Assembly (NCBI GenBank): GCA_021613535.1 | Contig: CP075493.1 | Span: forward strand, 2,542,001 to 2,606,000 | Source: Adineta vaga | Lineage: Eukaryota > Animalia > Rotifera | DNA: 64,000 nt | Direction of reading: 5' to 3' | Part shown: positions 39,846 to 51,694 of the stretch, piece after piece | How positions within the stretch are numbered: position 1 is the first letter of the stretch | Layout of the letters: each line of letters opens with the position of its first letter | The notes under the pieces: model-generated | The model's database searches: none | Seen by the model: only the letters and a program-made list of their open reading frames with translations | Told to the model about the DNA's origin: nothing | Made by a program: the position numbers and the translations under genes

Positions 39846-41331
39846 ATGTCTACTTGGCGAAAAAGATTCTCGTAAGAATAAATTGAATGTCTTTCTCAAA
39901 TTAATACATATCTTTTGTAGAAGACGATCACAAAGATTAAATGATGATAATGTACTTTTTCTCAATAATACAGTTAAATATCGAAAGAAACTACAATCAA
40001 CTATCAATCAAATCAATCGAACAAAGAAAACGACACAACAAAATCTCGATAGTCCTGATTCTTCAATACATGGTAAGAGAAAATACATCTTCGAATTTGT
40101 ATAAAATCACAAATTTCATTCAGTTGCACGATTAATTAATGATATTGGTCAATTATCTGGTTGTAAACCTCTTCAAGTATATCGATTTTGTATAAAGTAA
40201 CAAAAGAATAAACGAGATTTTTCTAGGAAATAACAAGTCTAGTTGATGCATTAGCAATGAGACATCAATTATCATCGAGAATTTACAATGGTAGGTGAAA
40301 CAGTTCCTACTTTATTTATCTAAAACTATCGTCACTGTTTAGAATGTGCATTGAATTCACTTGAACAATCATTACAAAAATTGAATAATCAATTATCGAA
40401 TGAATTCGATAAGACGAAATCAGTATTTGAAGAAGCGGTAACCAATCATTGTTCAGATCATACACAAAAGCAATTGTATAATAAAGGTTTGTTCGAAGAA
40501 CGAAAAACAAATTAAACTCACCTTCAACATATATGTATTTTGTTCTAGTTCAACAGGAATGGTCTAAACATCAAAAACTAGGAATTAAAGAACTTAAACA
40601 AGGTTTATCATCCTATTGTGATATTGGTTTATATAATCTAAAAATTCAAATGACAATACTTGAAAAACTTCAAGTAATTGATAAAATATAATATATTGAA
40701 AAGGAATAAACTGCTTTTTGTAGTCTTTTATTGATCAATTACCTCAGGATGGAACTGATGGAAATGCTAGTCTACCAAATTTTGCTGATAATAGTTCTCG
40801 TACACGAAAAGATATTGATACAATGTTACGTATTATGCTTGATGCAGCACCGAACGATTCATCTTCGTTACCAAATGCAAAACGACCAAGATTTCTAAGT
40901 CATCAATTAACTTTATCAAGTAAGTTGACCTTTATTTCTATGGAAAATTCTGTAATACTCATGATCATTTGTAGATTCACTCTATTCACCTGAAATCACT
41001 GAAGCCGCCGCTCGTTCCCATGGACAATCATTACGCCAACAAAATATTCAAATTATTCCGCAATATCCATCCATACCACCATCAGCACCAACAGCAGCTT
41101 GTGCACAAGCAATCCAACATGAATCAGTGATGATTACACCTACCACCCCACAGAACAATCGATTTCCAAGTAAATTAAATCGATAATGAACTATTGATTT
41201 ATTCTTTGTTTTTTTTATAGACATTTCTGAAGAAGATCATCTGCCATCATACCACAGATCTTTTCGTTGTTCCAAGTAGTTGCAAGGATGTTCGTCTCCA
41301 ACGACGAAGTCCACGTAATAAAACTAAATGA
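39846..41331 (+). CDS. Hypothetical multi-exon protein (helical/coiled-coil N-half, Pro/Ser-rich tail)
   Basis: Chain of short GT-AG exons from MSTWRKRFS|RRSQRL... to ...RSPRNKTK*. No family recognised. Confidence 0.6.
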
Positions 41332-41853
41332 ATGCAATTCTTATCTGATCTCTCTGTATTTATCTATTCAATGAATTCTTTCCAGTAATAATGTAAAAGA
41401 AGAAGAAAAAAAACGAAACTAAGTCATTGTTTATCTATTCATATAAATTCTTTCTATTGTTTAATCAATTATTTCTCATTGTCAGATAATTCAATAGATG
41501 TATACTTTAATCTCTATCTCTTTTGCTTTGTATATAAAGAAATCTTTTTTTTGTGCTCTTGTTGTGTTACTTCAAATATATATATATTATTAATATAATG
41601 TTAAAATGATAATTCTTAATCATAAAACAGAAAGAAAGAGATTTTATTCAGAAAATTTATACAAAACAAAAGAAAAAAAAACTACAATTGATTCATATAA
41701 TAGATGGAACATTATGGAAAATTTATCCTATCTCAAACAAGAAACATATCGAATAAGCAGAAGTAGAAGAAGAAGAAGAAGTAGTAGAAGACACTTTGGT
41801 TTGATACTAACAATGCGCATATATAGATCACCGGTTGATCACAGTACTTTTCG

Positions 41854-44756
41854 TTATAATTCCGTTACTCTTGGTGATAGAAGACGAGGTGTAGACACTG
41901 TTCGATTATCTTCATTTATAAGGCAAGGACTATCTTGTAATGAATCATATATATGATTACTGATACTTGGTGTAGTTTTGGTGGCAATGGTGGTGGAGGT
42001 CGTTTCGGTGGTTTTAAACGAATTGGTGTTCGATCAGTTTGAATACATTGATTAATAAATGGGATGATCGATGATGATGAACTTTTATTTGATTTGGAAC
42101 GTTGAACAGTTGTTAATGAACGTGAAGTGATTTCTTTCGTTGATTTTGAACGTTTAAGAATTGTTTCGTCGTGATTAGATGTTTCAAGTGGAGAAGTTGA
42201 TTTTGTACGAAACATTTTCTGTTCATTTTTGTTCGATTTCGAATGACGTAGAGAAGATTGAAATGATGTTGAACGTGTAAATGATGTTTTCGATGGATTT
42301 AAACGATCTATTAAACAAACAGAAAAATGAGAAACCTTCAATAATCCGTTTAAGCCTTTTAAAAACTCATTTCCGAATCCGAAAAAGGATATGAAGATTT
42401 CTTATTTCCTTACCTAACGAAAAACAAGTATATTTTTCCGGCATACTCTCAATTTCAATCAATGATTTATGTGAATCAACTGAATCAAAAACAATTTGAT
42501 TGATTGGTAATGAAATATTCGATATTGATTGTTGCATAGCTGTTGTATTTGCTGTTATAAAATTAATATGATGTTGATTAGGTAAAAGATTAATAAGATT
42601 ATCAAAACCTTGTTCGATAACATTTTTCATTCGTTGATAATTTTTATATAATTGTACGTCATAGAATATAATTCGAAGTCCATTTATCCATCGTTGATAG
42701 TCTTCGAATGTATTTGTACAAAAATAATGAATATATTTATTCGATTTCTTTTGTATATGAACATGTTTTAATGCAAAACCGTAGGATGTTGGTGAACGTA
42801 ATGATTCAATCCAATTCTTTGCATAATATAATTGTATATTTGAATCAAATTTCAAAATACAAATGAGATCACGTTTTGATGATGATGATGAGGATGACTT
42901 AGGTAAATGATAAATTCCCGATTGACGTAAAACACATGTATATTTTTTCCATAATTTTCGATTTTTATCTTTAATATAAAGTATACTTGTAATATCATCA
43001 GGTAAAAGTATTGTATCGGAAGAAATATAATCTGTTAAGATATCATTCGATGTTTTTTCATGAATAGAAAAGAATTTTTTCGGTTCTTGAAAGACAAAAT
43101 ATTTCTTTGGAGATTCTTGAAAACATATGCGATTATGTGTATCACGTGTCCAATAGATTAATCCATTATTTATTAAATTTTCATGATCTTCAAATATACG
43201 ATAGATATTTAAATCTGGTAAATCTTCAATAATCGAATAATTTAATGTAGGTTGTAAATGATATTTATGAAAAAGTAAGATTAATATATGATAGACAGAC
43301 ATTGTTTCATCAATAAGAATATTCTTCGTTGATTGATCTTCATTATGGATTTTAACGAAAAGTTTTTTTATATTTGCTTCATGCATTTTTTCTAAAGCTA
43401 AACGTATTTCATTTTCATCACAATTATTCTTTATGGTATCACATGAAATAAGCTATGAAAAGAAAAAGCAATGAATCAAATTCAATAGAAACTAGTATGA
43501 CATACACTTGATGCATTGGATATCTGATGACTTATTAATGGTATATTGATGGAATCAGTTGATTGAGATAGACCACTATCAGAAAAATGTTCATCATTTT
43601 CACAAGGATGTTGAAGACGAGTCGAATCACTTGTTGCTGATGATGATGAACTATTTCCCGAATCAGTAAATTCAATTTCAACATTTTTTATTGTTTTTGT
43701 TAATGTTGCTAATGTTTGATCAAGTTCATCAAACTGTGCAAGAATGGTAGATGGAATCAATTTTTTTCTATAGAAATCTGTTTCAGGACGATAATATTTT
43801 CTCTCATCCAATCGTTGTTCAAGAGTTTCAAGTTGATCAAGTAAAATGTCGAGATCATCTTCTAAAAAGACGTACAAATAGGGTTTGAATTTTCATACAG
43901 TAACCTTTTAAAAATAAGGCAAGAAACTTTCAATTTATGTCTTACTACTTGTCATTCATAGATAACATAAAATACTTGAAGAAAAAAAAAGAGGAAATCA
44001 AATATTCGTTCATAAGTGTCTCTTGAATTTATAATACTTTCTCTTCTGTTTCATTGCGTATTCTTTTCACTCAAATGATTATGATAAGTTAATTGATTTT
44101 TTATTCTCGAAATAGGGAAACAAAATCTATATACATTACCTTGATGAATATTGAAACTACGAGGCGCTGTTGTTGTTGCAGCCTTCCGTTTTGCTTGTCG
44201 TTCTAATGTAGATAATTCTTCATAAGCTTCTCGAATTTCCTATAATATAAACGAAATATGATTAGATTGTATACATAGTATTAAACATTTGTCCTTGATA
44301 TACTGCTAAGACAAATAAAAAAAATCAAATGGCGTTTGCTGATGGCTTTTTTGTTCGTCATCGATCGCCTTATGTTTACAAGGTGAACGATGTCAACAAG
44401 GTCTTTAAAGTCATTATTCTGATAAGCTATAGTACCAGGTGGATAATCGACTCACAAATTTATCATCGATTAGATGACATCGTTAAATGTCGAATGAGTT
44501 AATCGATTAGAGCTTTTAGTCAATAAGGAAGTTTTAGAGAAAATTTATTGATTAGAAACGATGACATATAACTTACTTCTTTGAAAATATTTAAATCTCC
44601 AAGACAATTTTCAACATTTAAATTATCAGGTAATGATTTTGTTGGTTGTTCAATATGATTAATATTTTCACCATCTAAATGATCATCATCACCTGTTTCA
44701 GATTCTTCACTTATACTTGACATTGAACATCGACGTAAATACATTCGATGATACAT
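41854..44756 (-). CDS. MRL-family adaptor (RIAM/lamellipodin/MIG-10-like; RA + PH domains)
   Basis: DLDILLDQL; IRLALEKMHEANIKKLFVKIHNEDQSTK; RIFEDHENL; PH LYIKDK..WKKYTCVLRQSGIY...WINGLR; PPPPLPPK. The 3' end is 41916 or 41854. Confidence 0.85.
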
Positions 44757-44871
44757 ATTTATTTCAAATTTCTTTTTTTATCTCTAAACATAAAAAGAAA
44801 AGAAGTCTTTGTATTTTGTCGTTTCACTTCTTTATATACATAAATTGATCGAACAACGTCAATCGAGAAAG

Positions 44872-44893
44872 TGAGAGAGAGAGAGAGAGAGAA
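44872..44893. repeat. (GA)n microsatellite upstream of the MRL gene
   Basis: Direct reading. Confidence 0.8.
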
Positions 44894-45336
44894 GAGGAAG
44901 GGAAGGTATGATGTAATGTTGAGTGTGAAAACTCATAACGAAGTAATAGGTATTACTTCACGCATGAAACGTAGAAAGAAAAAAATTGACCGATGACGAA
45001 CGCAACTATGTGGTTTACCGTTAAATTATGATCTACTTTTCTTTTTTCCTTTCTAATTTCTATGTTCAGTTTACCGCAATAATGCTCTTAATGGATTGAA
45101 TTTAACCGTGTGAAAAGTTCATTAGTAGAATGTTTATTGGGAAAAAAAAACTCCGGAGACAAGCTAAACACAAGAATAAACAGCCGATCTTGATAGACAC
45201 CAAATGAGAGCTAATGAATTGATGGCCTTGTTGATGATATAAACAAATTCTCATTCATTCAATCAATCAACATACCACCCTCGATAGGAAGAAGAATAAT
45301 AATCGTCTAGTCTTCAGATGAATCAAATTTAAAGAA

Positions 45337-45666
45337 TGTATGTAAGGTATTTAGGATAGTAGGAAGCTCTATGTTCTTTTCTTTCTCTTCTCCTGCTCAT
45401 TCTCACATACTGTTAGCATTGTATTCTAACGAGTATAGTCCGACAGACTTTCTCTCTCTCTCTTTCGCTTTCTCTTTGCCTATTGTCTCGATATCTTTTC
45501 TCTCATCGACTGCTTAATCATCAATGGTTTGTTGAATTGTAGTATAGTATATAAAGGTTACGTCGTAAGTGTGTTCGTGTTGAGGGACGTTCAATGTGTA
45601 GAGATATCTATTTATCCTTTTCCTTATCATCACTCTTTTCCGCGTTCATAAATAAGGTATTATACA
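45337..45666 (+). mobile_element. Possible solo LTR
   Basis: TGTAT...ATACA inverted termini, CT-rich tract, TATATAAA at ~45548, AATAA near the end. No clean TSD. Confidence 0.25.
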
Positions 45667-46870
45667 GTATACTAAGCTAAAGATCTTATCTAATCTACCT
45701 TGAACTTCGGTACAGTTATTTGATGAATATATGAAGTCTAATGAATCAATGAACAAAAGTAAATCTATCTAGAAAAGAAACAAAAAAAGAAAGAGACATG
45801 TATGTTGAACAATCAAAAGATTAGTATCATAACGTACGCTTAAAGCATATTTGTGTACGATTCGTTCTCATTTTCTTTTCTTTTTTTCTTAGCCGATCTG
45901 ATGTGTCTCGACATACACGCGAATATACAAACGAAGAGCCTTTCATTATCCGATCATTATAGTTCTCACATAGAGACGCACGTACATATACATTGAATAT
46001 ATATATTCTCATTTAATCAAAATGAGATGAAGTGTACATGACACGTACTCATGCTTAATATATTTAACTATATCGACGACTATAGATACGAGTGAAAGAG
46101 AGAAAAAAAAAGAATATCGATAGAGTAAAAGCAATGAAATCGTTTTTATGCATCATTGTCAATTTTTTATTTTCATTACGATATGAAATTGAGACGAAGT
46201 AAAAAAGCAAATTATTCATATCGATGTTATTTTTAGTTTCAATTGAATATTTTTTTTTCTTTACTTCATATTATATGATTGATGGATACCATATGAAGAA
46301 GAAGAGTTAATGAATATTTCTTGGAAGTTAATATTATGAAATATAATGGATATGTTGTTATGATAAACGAGAAGGTTTTTATCGACATCTTTTTTGACTT
46401 ATCAGATTGTTCATAGCGTGATGAAAAGATGTTAATTGTCATGTGTTACGAAATGTATATGTAGAGATGATAAATGACAGACATCTTTCATCCTTCTATC
46501 TCGCAGTTCATTGACAAAAATATCGATTGAACTTTTTCTTCTATACTAATTATTCAAAATTCATGTCACGAAGAAAAGAAATTATATTTCTTTATCTCGA
46601 ACAATTCAGATATTTGTAACGATGCATGTTGAAGATCATTTTTTTTGTCTAAAAAGGAATTGTTTCTATTTCTTAGATTGAATTATATAATCTTATGGGT
46701 ATAACCTATATGCAATCAAGCAGAAATATAGTTATATTCGACCTTTTAAGCAATTTATCTTGATACTTCATTCTTTTTTTTTCTTCTTTTATTCTACTGC
46801 GTATGATTATTTTATGAATAATTTATTAAAAAAATGAAGAACGTTTGTGTAAAATAGTGAATTAAAAAGT

Positions 46871-47473
46871 TCAGTTTTGAAAACGTTGACAGAGATAATT
46901 TTGTTTATCTTCATGATTATAACCGAATTGTTGATAGAATCCAACGAGATGATCTTTACATTCAAGAGAGATTTTATAACAATCACATTGTTCTTTCGCA
47001 AATTTTGTTAATAATTCAATTAATAATTTGCCAAGTTGTTGACCACGATAACGATTATCAATAACGACATCTTCAATTCGACCACGAATACCTAATTGAC
47101 GAATAAATTTCTTTTCACACACAAGTGTTGTTGTACCGATAATTTGTCGATTAGAATTCACATCTTCAAGAACAAGAATATAATATGTTTTTAAACATTG
47201 TTTCATTTCATGAAAACGTTTTTGAAATTCTTCAGAGGAAAATTTTCCACATTCAGTTAATTGTCGAAGTAAATCGACATAACCATGATCATAATCTGTA
47301 ATTGCTAATGGTCGAATTAAATATTTTCCATCGTAAACATTTCCTTGAAGTTTATGATCTTTTAATGAATATTCTTCGAAAATTGTTTCAAGTAAATGTG
47401 CATCGAAAAGTAAGTCCGATTTTGAATTACCATTGATTGATGAAGAATGATCATGGATAAAACGTTCGGTCAT
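46871..47473 (-). CDS. GNPNAT1: Glucosamine-6-phosphate N-acetyltransferase
   Basis: IRPLAITDYDHGYVDLLRQLT...EKKFIR...GRIEDVVIDNRYRGQQLGKLL...CYKISLECK...FYQQFGY. Confidence 0.95.
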   Translation of the reverse strand: MTERFIHDHSSSINGNSKSDLLFDAHLLETIFEEYSLKDHKLQGNVYDGKYLIRPLAITDYDHGYVDLLRQLTECGKFSSEEFQKRFHEMKQCLKTYYILVLEDVNSNRQIIGTTTLVCEKKFIRQLGIRGRIEDVVIDNRYRGQQLGKLLIELLTKFAKEQCDCYKISLECKDHLVGFYQQFGYNHEDKQNYLCQRFQN

Positions 47474-47535
47474 AGTTGTAGTTGACTGAATAAATCAAAG
47501 GAAAAAACTAGAAATGAAAGAAAGGAGACAGACAG

Positions 47536-47542
<7 letters not shown>

Positions 47543-47571
<29 letters not shown>
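47543..47571. repeat. (CA)n microsatellite
   Basis: Direct reading. Confidence 0.85.
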
Positions 47572-47894
47572 TACATCATCTATATTCGTAAAGACTTTTC
47601 TGCCGACAAAAATAAAATAAAATATACTTCTATGTTTTCTTTCTTCTATATTCGAACGATATATAGATGGCGGATGACATCTGACTGTGAATGCAGATTT
47701 TCGAACTAGGGTGAAACTTTCCTGTCTTTTACAATTTCATCTTATTGTTTATCACAATGAGGAATAGTATATAGTCATATGATTATAATCTTTTCATATT
47801 ACACATAACACATGAATGATATTTATTGAATTTAGATTGAGTATCTACAATCATTTTTTTTTGTTTAACATGAAAGAAAAACATATGGTTCTCT

Positions 47895-48194
47895 TTATTT
47901 TCCATTTCGATCACCAAGCCATGAAGTTGACGAACCTCGACGTACACATTTTCCAAATGTTGAATGACATACAGTACCACCACAACATGATTTACCAAAG
48001 AAACCAGTACATTTTTTACCAACTTTAGCACAACTAAATAATCTAAAGAAATGCAAGCTCGTTTTTCTTGAATTCTTCTTCCGACAATAAACTTACCTTT
48101 TCTCACGAGAATGGATAGTTTCAATAGTTCTACCCGAAATTAAAGTACCATATAAAACAATCAATACAACTAATAATAAGGCAGAAAATCGCAT
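47895..48194 (-). CDS. Secreted prepro-knottin (inhibitor cystine knot) peptide; exons 48194-48097 and 48042-47895
   Basis: MRFSALLLVVLIVLYGTLISG-RTIETIHSREKR|LFSCAKVGKKCTGFFGKSCCGGTVCHSTFGKCVRRGSSTSWLGDRNGK*. Canonical GTAAG...TTTAG 54-nt intron; cysteine spacing C-X6-C-X7-CC-X4-C-X6-C. Confidence 0.85.
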
Positions 48195-48817
48195 CTTATT
48201 TATAATTATGTAATAAATCTACAAAAAAAGAAAAGAATATCTTCATGAGAAACAAAATGAATTGACGTGAAGTTTTGTGCATATATATATATAGAGAGAG
48301 AGATAGATAGATCGATAGATAAACAAAGACGAATACAATTTTATCGATGAAAATTGATAGTGGTATCATGCATGAGTCATCGAACGAAAAATAATACTTA
48401 CTCTATATATTTGCTTACGATAACGATAGAATCAGTTGATCGACAGTAAGGCGTGAATGGAAAAAAAAAGAATAAAAAGCGAATATACATATCTACTGGT
48501 ATAGAAGCACTGACGAAATGATTAATTGTTAAAAATAGATATGAAAATATTGCGTTGAAAAAATGAAAGTTCGTGAATCATTTCGAATAAGAATCAATTA
48601 ATGAATAGAGAAAATAGCTCTTGGCTACTTTTTATTCGATCAAATATCGGAATGAATCAAATACTGTATACAAAACTTTTGTATTCTTAATCAATCTCGT
48701 TTGTTGACTTCAATAAAAAGTATCCAATTCTAGAAATGCAATGTATATATACAGGACTTTTATACAATAATCTGCACACAGAAAGAAATGAGTGAAATGA
48801 TCAATTATCTAATTTAT

Positions 48818-50405
48818 TTAATCATACAGAGAACATTCGATATAGGGAAAAAATGATCGAAAACGATGAAAATAAATATTCTTTCTTTTTTTTCTTGGAA
48901 TTTTCCAATCGGCTGGTAATTCATCGAGTAACAACAAACGTAATCGTCTTCCAAATTCATTTAAAACATGTCCGTTTTGAAAGTAACATGTCATTCTTGC
49001 AATTAAGATATAATCACAATCTAATGTTTCACAATTAGGTAAACAGAGTAAGAATTGTTTGATTATTTCCGGATTTTGTAAGTATGTTGATTTAATTGTC
49101 AAACGACGAATTGTTGGTAAAGAAAACCATGTACTTATTGATGGAGATGATGTCATTAGATCAAATTTCCATTTTAATGTTAACGTTGTTAAACGAGGAA
49201 ATTCATTACGAAGATAAATGAAAAATTCATTTGTATATGGAATACGATCATATAGATCAATATCTCGAACGAAACGCCAATTATGTTGACATTTTCGTGT
49301 TTGTTGATGTTTTAGTATAGATTGATCAAGATCAAGGTGATGAAATGGAAATGGAAGTGTATAGATATGATTATATGAATGAAAACCAATGGGAGCAAAA
49401 CGTGACCAAAATGATGTTTCAAATGAACGTATTAAATCTTTTGACATCATGGCAATTAATGATTTGATTTCAAATTGAATTTTATACAAGTTCGTTAAAT
49501 GAATGAAGATATCATTACAAAGACGATGACCATCGATAACACCTGATTGTAGATCAAATACTAATGAAAAACTTAATCTTTTCAATGGTTTCAATGTTTT
49601 AAATATATTTCGAACGATTTCATAAGAAATCGGATGAGAACATATGAATAATAGATGTTTAATATTCGAAGGTGGTGCAGCTATTGTTAACGGATTTTGT
49701 TCATTGATATTTGAATCTAATACACGAATACGAAGTGATTGTAATTCACGAGCACTACTAAGAATGGCACAGAAATCATTCATTGAACGAACAGTTAACT
49801 AGAAACAAAATGAAAGTTTTTCGTGAGAATGTATTTTTATGGTAACTTACAGTTAAATTTGTAAATAAACATTGTTCAAAATTGATATCTTGTAAGGAGA
49901 TGGAATAACAAGGTGGTGTTGCAAAAGTTAGTGATTGAAGTTGAGTTTTATTTGTTTGAAAAAGAATTTCTTTGACATTTTCTTCGAATGAAATTCGATC
50001 ACAACAACATACATCACTTCGTATATAAAGTTGTTTAATTCGAGTAAAAAATGAGAAATATTTTAATAGAATAGGTAAATCATCGGTTCGTCGAACAATA
50101 ATTGAAAGTGATTGTAAACGAGGAAATGTCGTTTCATTCAATGGAAATTTATGTAACATATAACATTCAAGTTTGAAATTTTCAATTCGAAATCGATCGA
50201 GATGATTTGTTTGAAATAATAATGAATAATAGAAATTATAAATTCGTGTTGGAGCATTGATGAGATCGATTATTTTCGAACAGGATCGATATTTTTCGAT
50301 TAAACATGCATAACGATGATTAAGAAAATAGAAAGCATAGACAATGTCATATGTTTTCAAATAACGAAATATTAACAAGACAATTTCATTTGGAAGCGAT
50401 TCCAT
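48818..50405 (-). CDS. F-box / LRR-like protein (rotifer-expanded type), 2 exons
   Basis: MESLPNEIVLLIFRYL...YAFYFLNHR F-box-like start; LxxLxI repeats; IYTLPFPF; intron at ~49800-49851. Confidence 0.75.
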
Positions 50406-51694
50406 TATTGAGAGAAATGAATCTCGTCCTTTTCGTTTCATTCAATATATATATATATATGTAGAACATTTCATTTATGACTATATTCATTTATTGAAAA
50501 GAAAAAAAATATATTCGTCTGGGAGAGATATAGTCTTTCTGTCTTTTTTTCTCTCTAAAAGAATGTATACAAGCGGTCATTGCGCTGCACTCAACGATAC
50601 GAATTGAAAAATGGAAAATGTGTGAATTGGTTATGTTGCTTTTCTGAAGAATATCTAATTGAAATGATATGACATTTCTACTTTGTAGAAGAATGTGAAG
50701 GTCGAGAATTATTGTACCGAGGAGATTGAATCATTCAATGACATTGTCTTGTCAATTTTGTAAAGCTTTGATGTTGTTTTCACTTGAAAGATCGTTCTTA
50801 TCATTTGATCAATTTTCTATAAAGAATTACTTTCTGAGAGTTTTGAGCAATAAATTCGAGTTTTTTCTTATTGGCTTAAGAGAAAAATTGCTTTGGATTA
50901 GAATGCTTTTCTAGAAGCGAATTGCAATGTAAATAGAAGATATAATTTAATCTCTTTTTTTTCTTCTCTTTGATTTAATTTACAAACGAAGTCATGATGA
51001 CCAGTGCCGATATAATCTGATCGTTATCTTAAGAAGAAAAATACTTTAGCCTGAAGGCAATTACAATGATTTGGTAGTTGTCGTTCGTCGTGTGTGTGTG
51101 TGTATTTTCCTTTCAAATGAAATATGTCTGATAAGCTGTCAATGTCTGAACGAATTTTCATCGATGAATCTCTTTGTCTGTTCGTTTTTCTATTCTTATT
51201 CTTATTTTTTATTTGAGATTGATGATTCATTTTGTTACTCTTCTTTCCACTATACGCTCATCAAATTGTGATTGAATTAAGAGACCGAAACGCTTCAAAT
51301 GACCAATCGATACATTTCCGGAGTTGAATCTCTAATCAAAAGATGTCAACTACAATTGAAGATCATTTAAATTGAAGCATATTATTCTTCTCGAAAATAC
51401 TGATGCGTTTGTCATTCTCCGAAGACACAGAAGAAAAAAGAAAGGAAGAAGAAACAGCACGACTCATTTTTTTTCCAGATATATATATATATAACAAAGA
51501 GATTGATTGAATTGATACGATTCTTTTCCTTTCGCGTCTTCGGAGAGATACTTTTTTTTTTCTTTAGAAAAGAAGAAAATACTCTACTAAAGACGTCTCG
51601 ACGATTATTTTCTAGATAAAGAAAATGTAAATAGAAAAGATCTTATGCATAAGTTTTTCTAGGGTTACATACATAGACGAATAAATCATTTGAA

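Noticed and set aside
1072-47473. rhaM, fucosyltransferase and GNPNAT1 as a sugar-metabolism cluster
   Set aside because: They are 10-35 kb apart, separated by unrelated genes, and act in different pathways.
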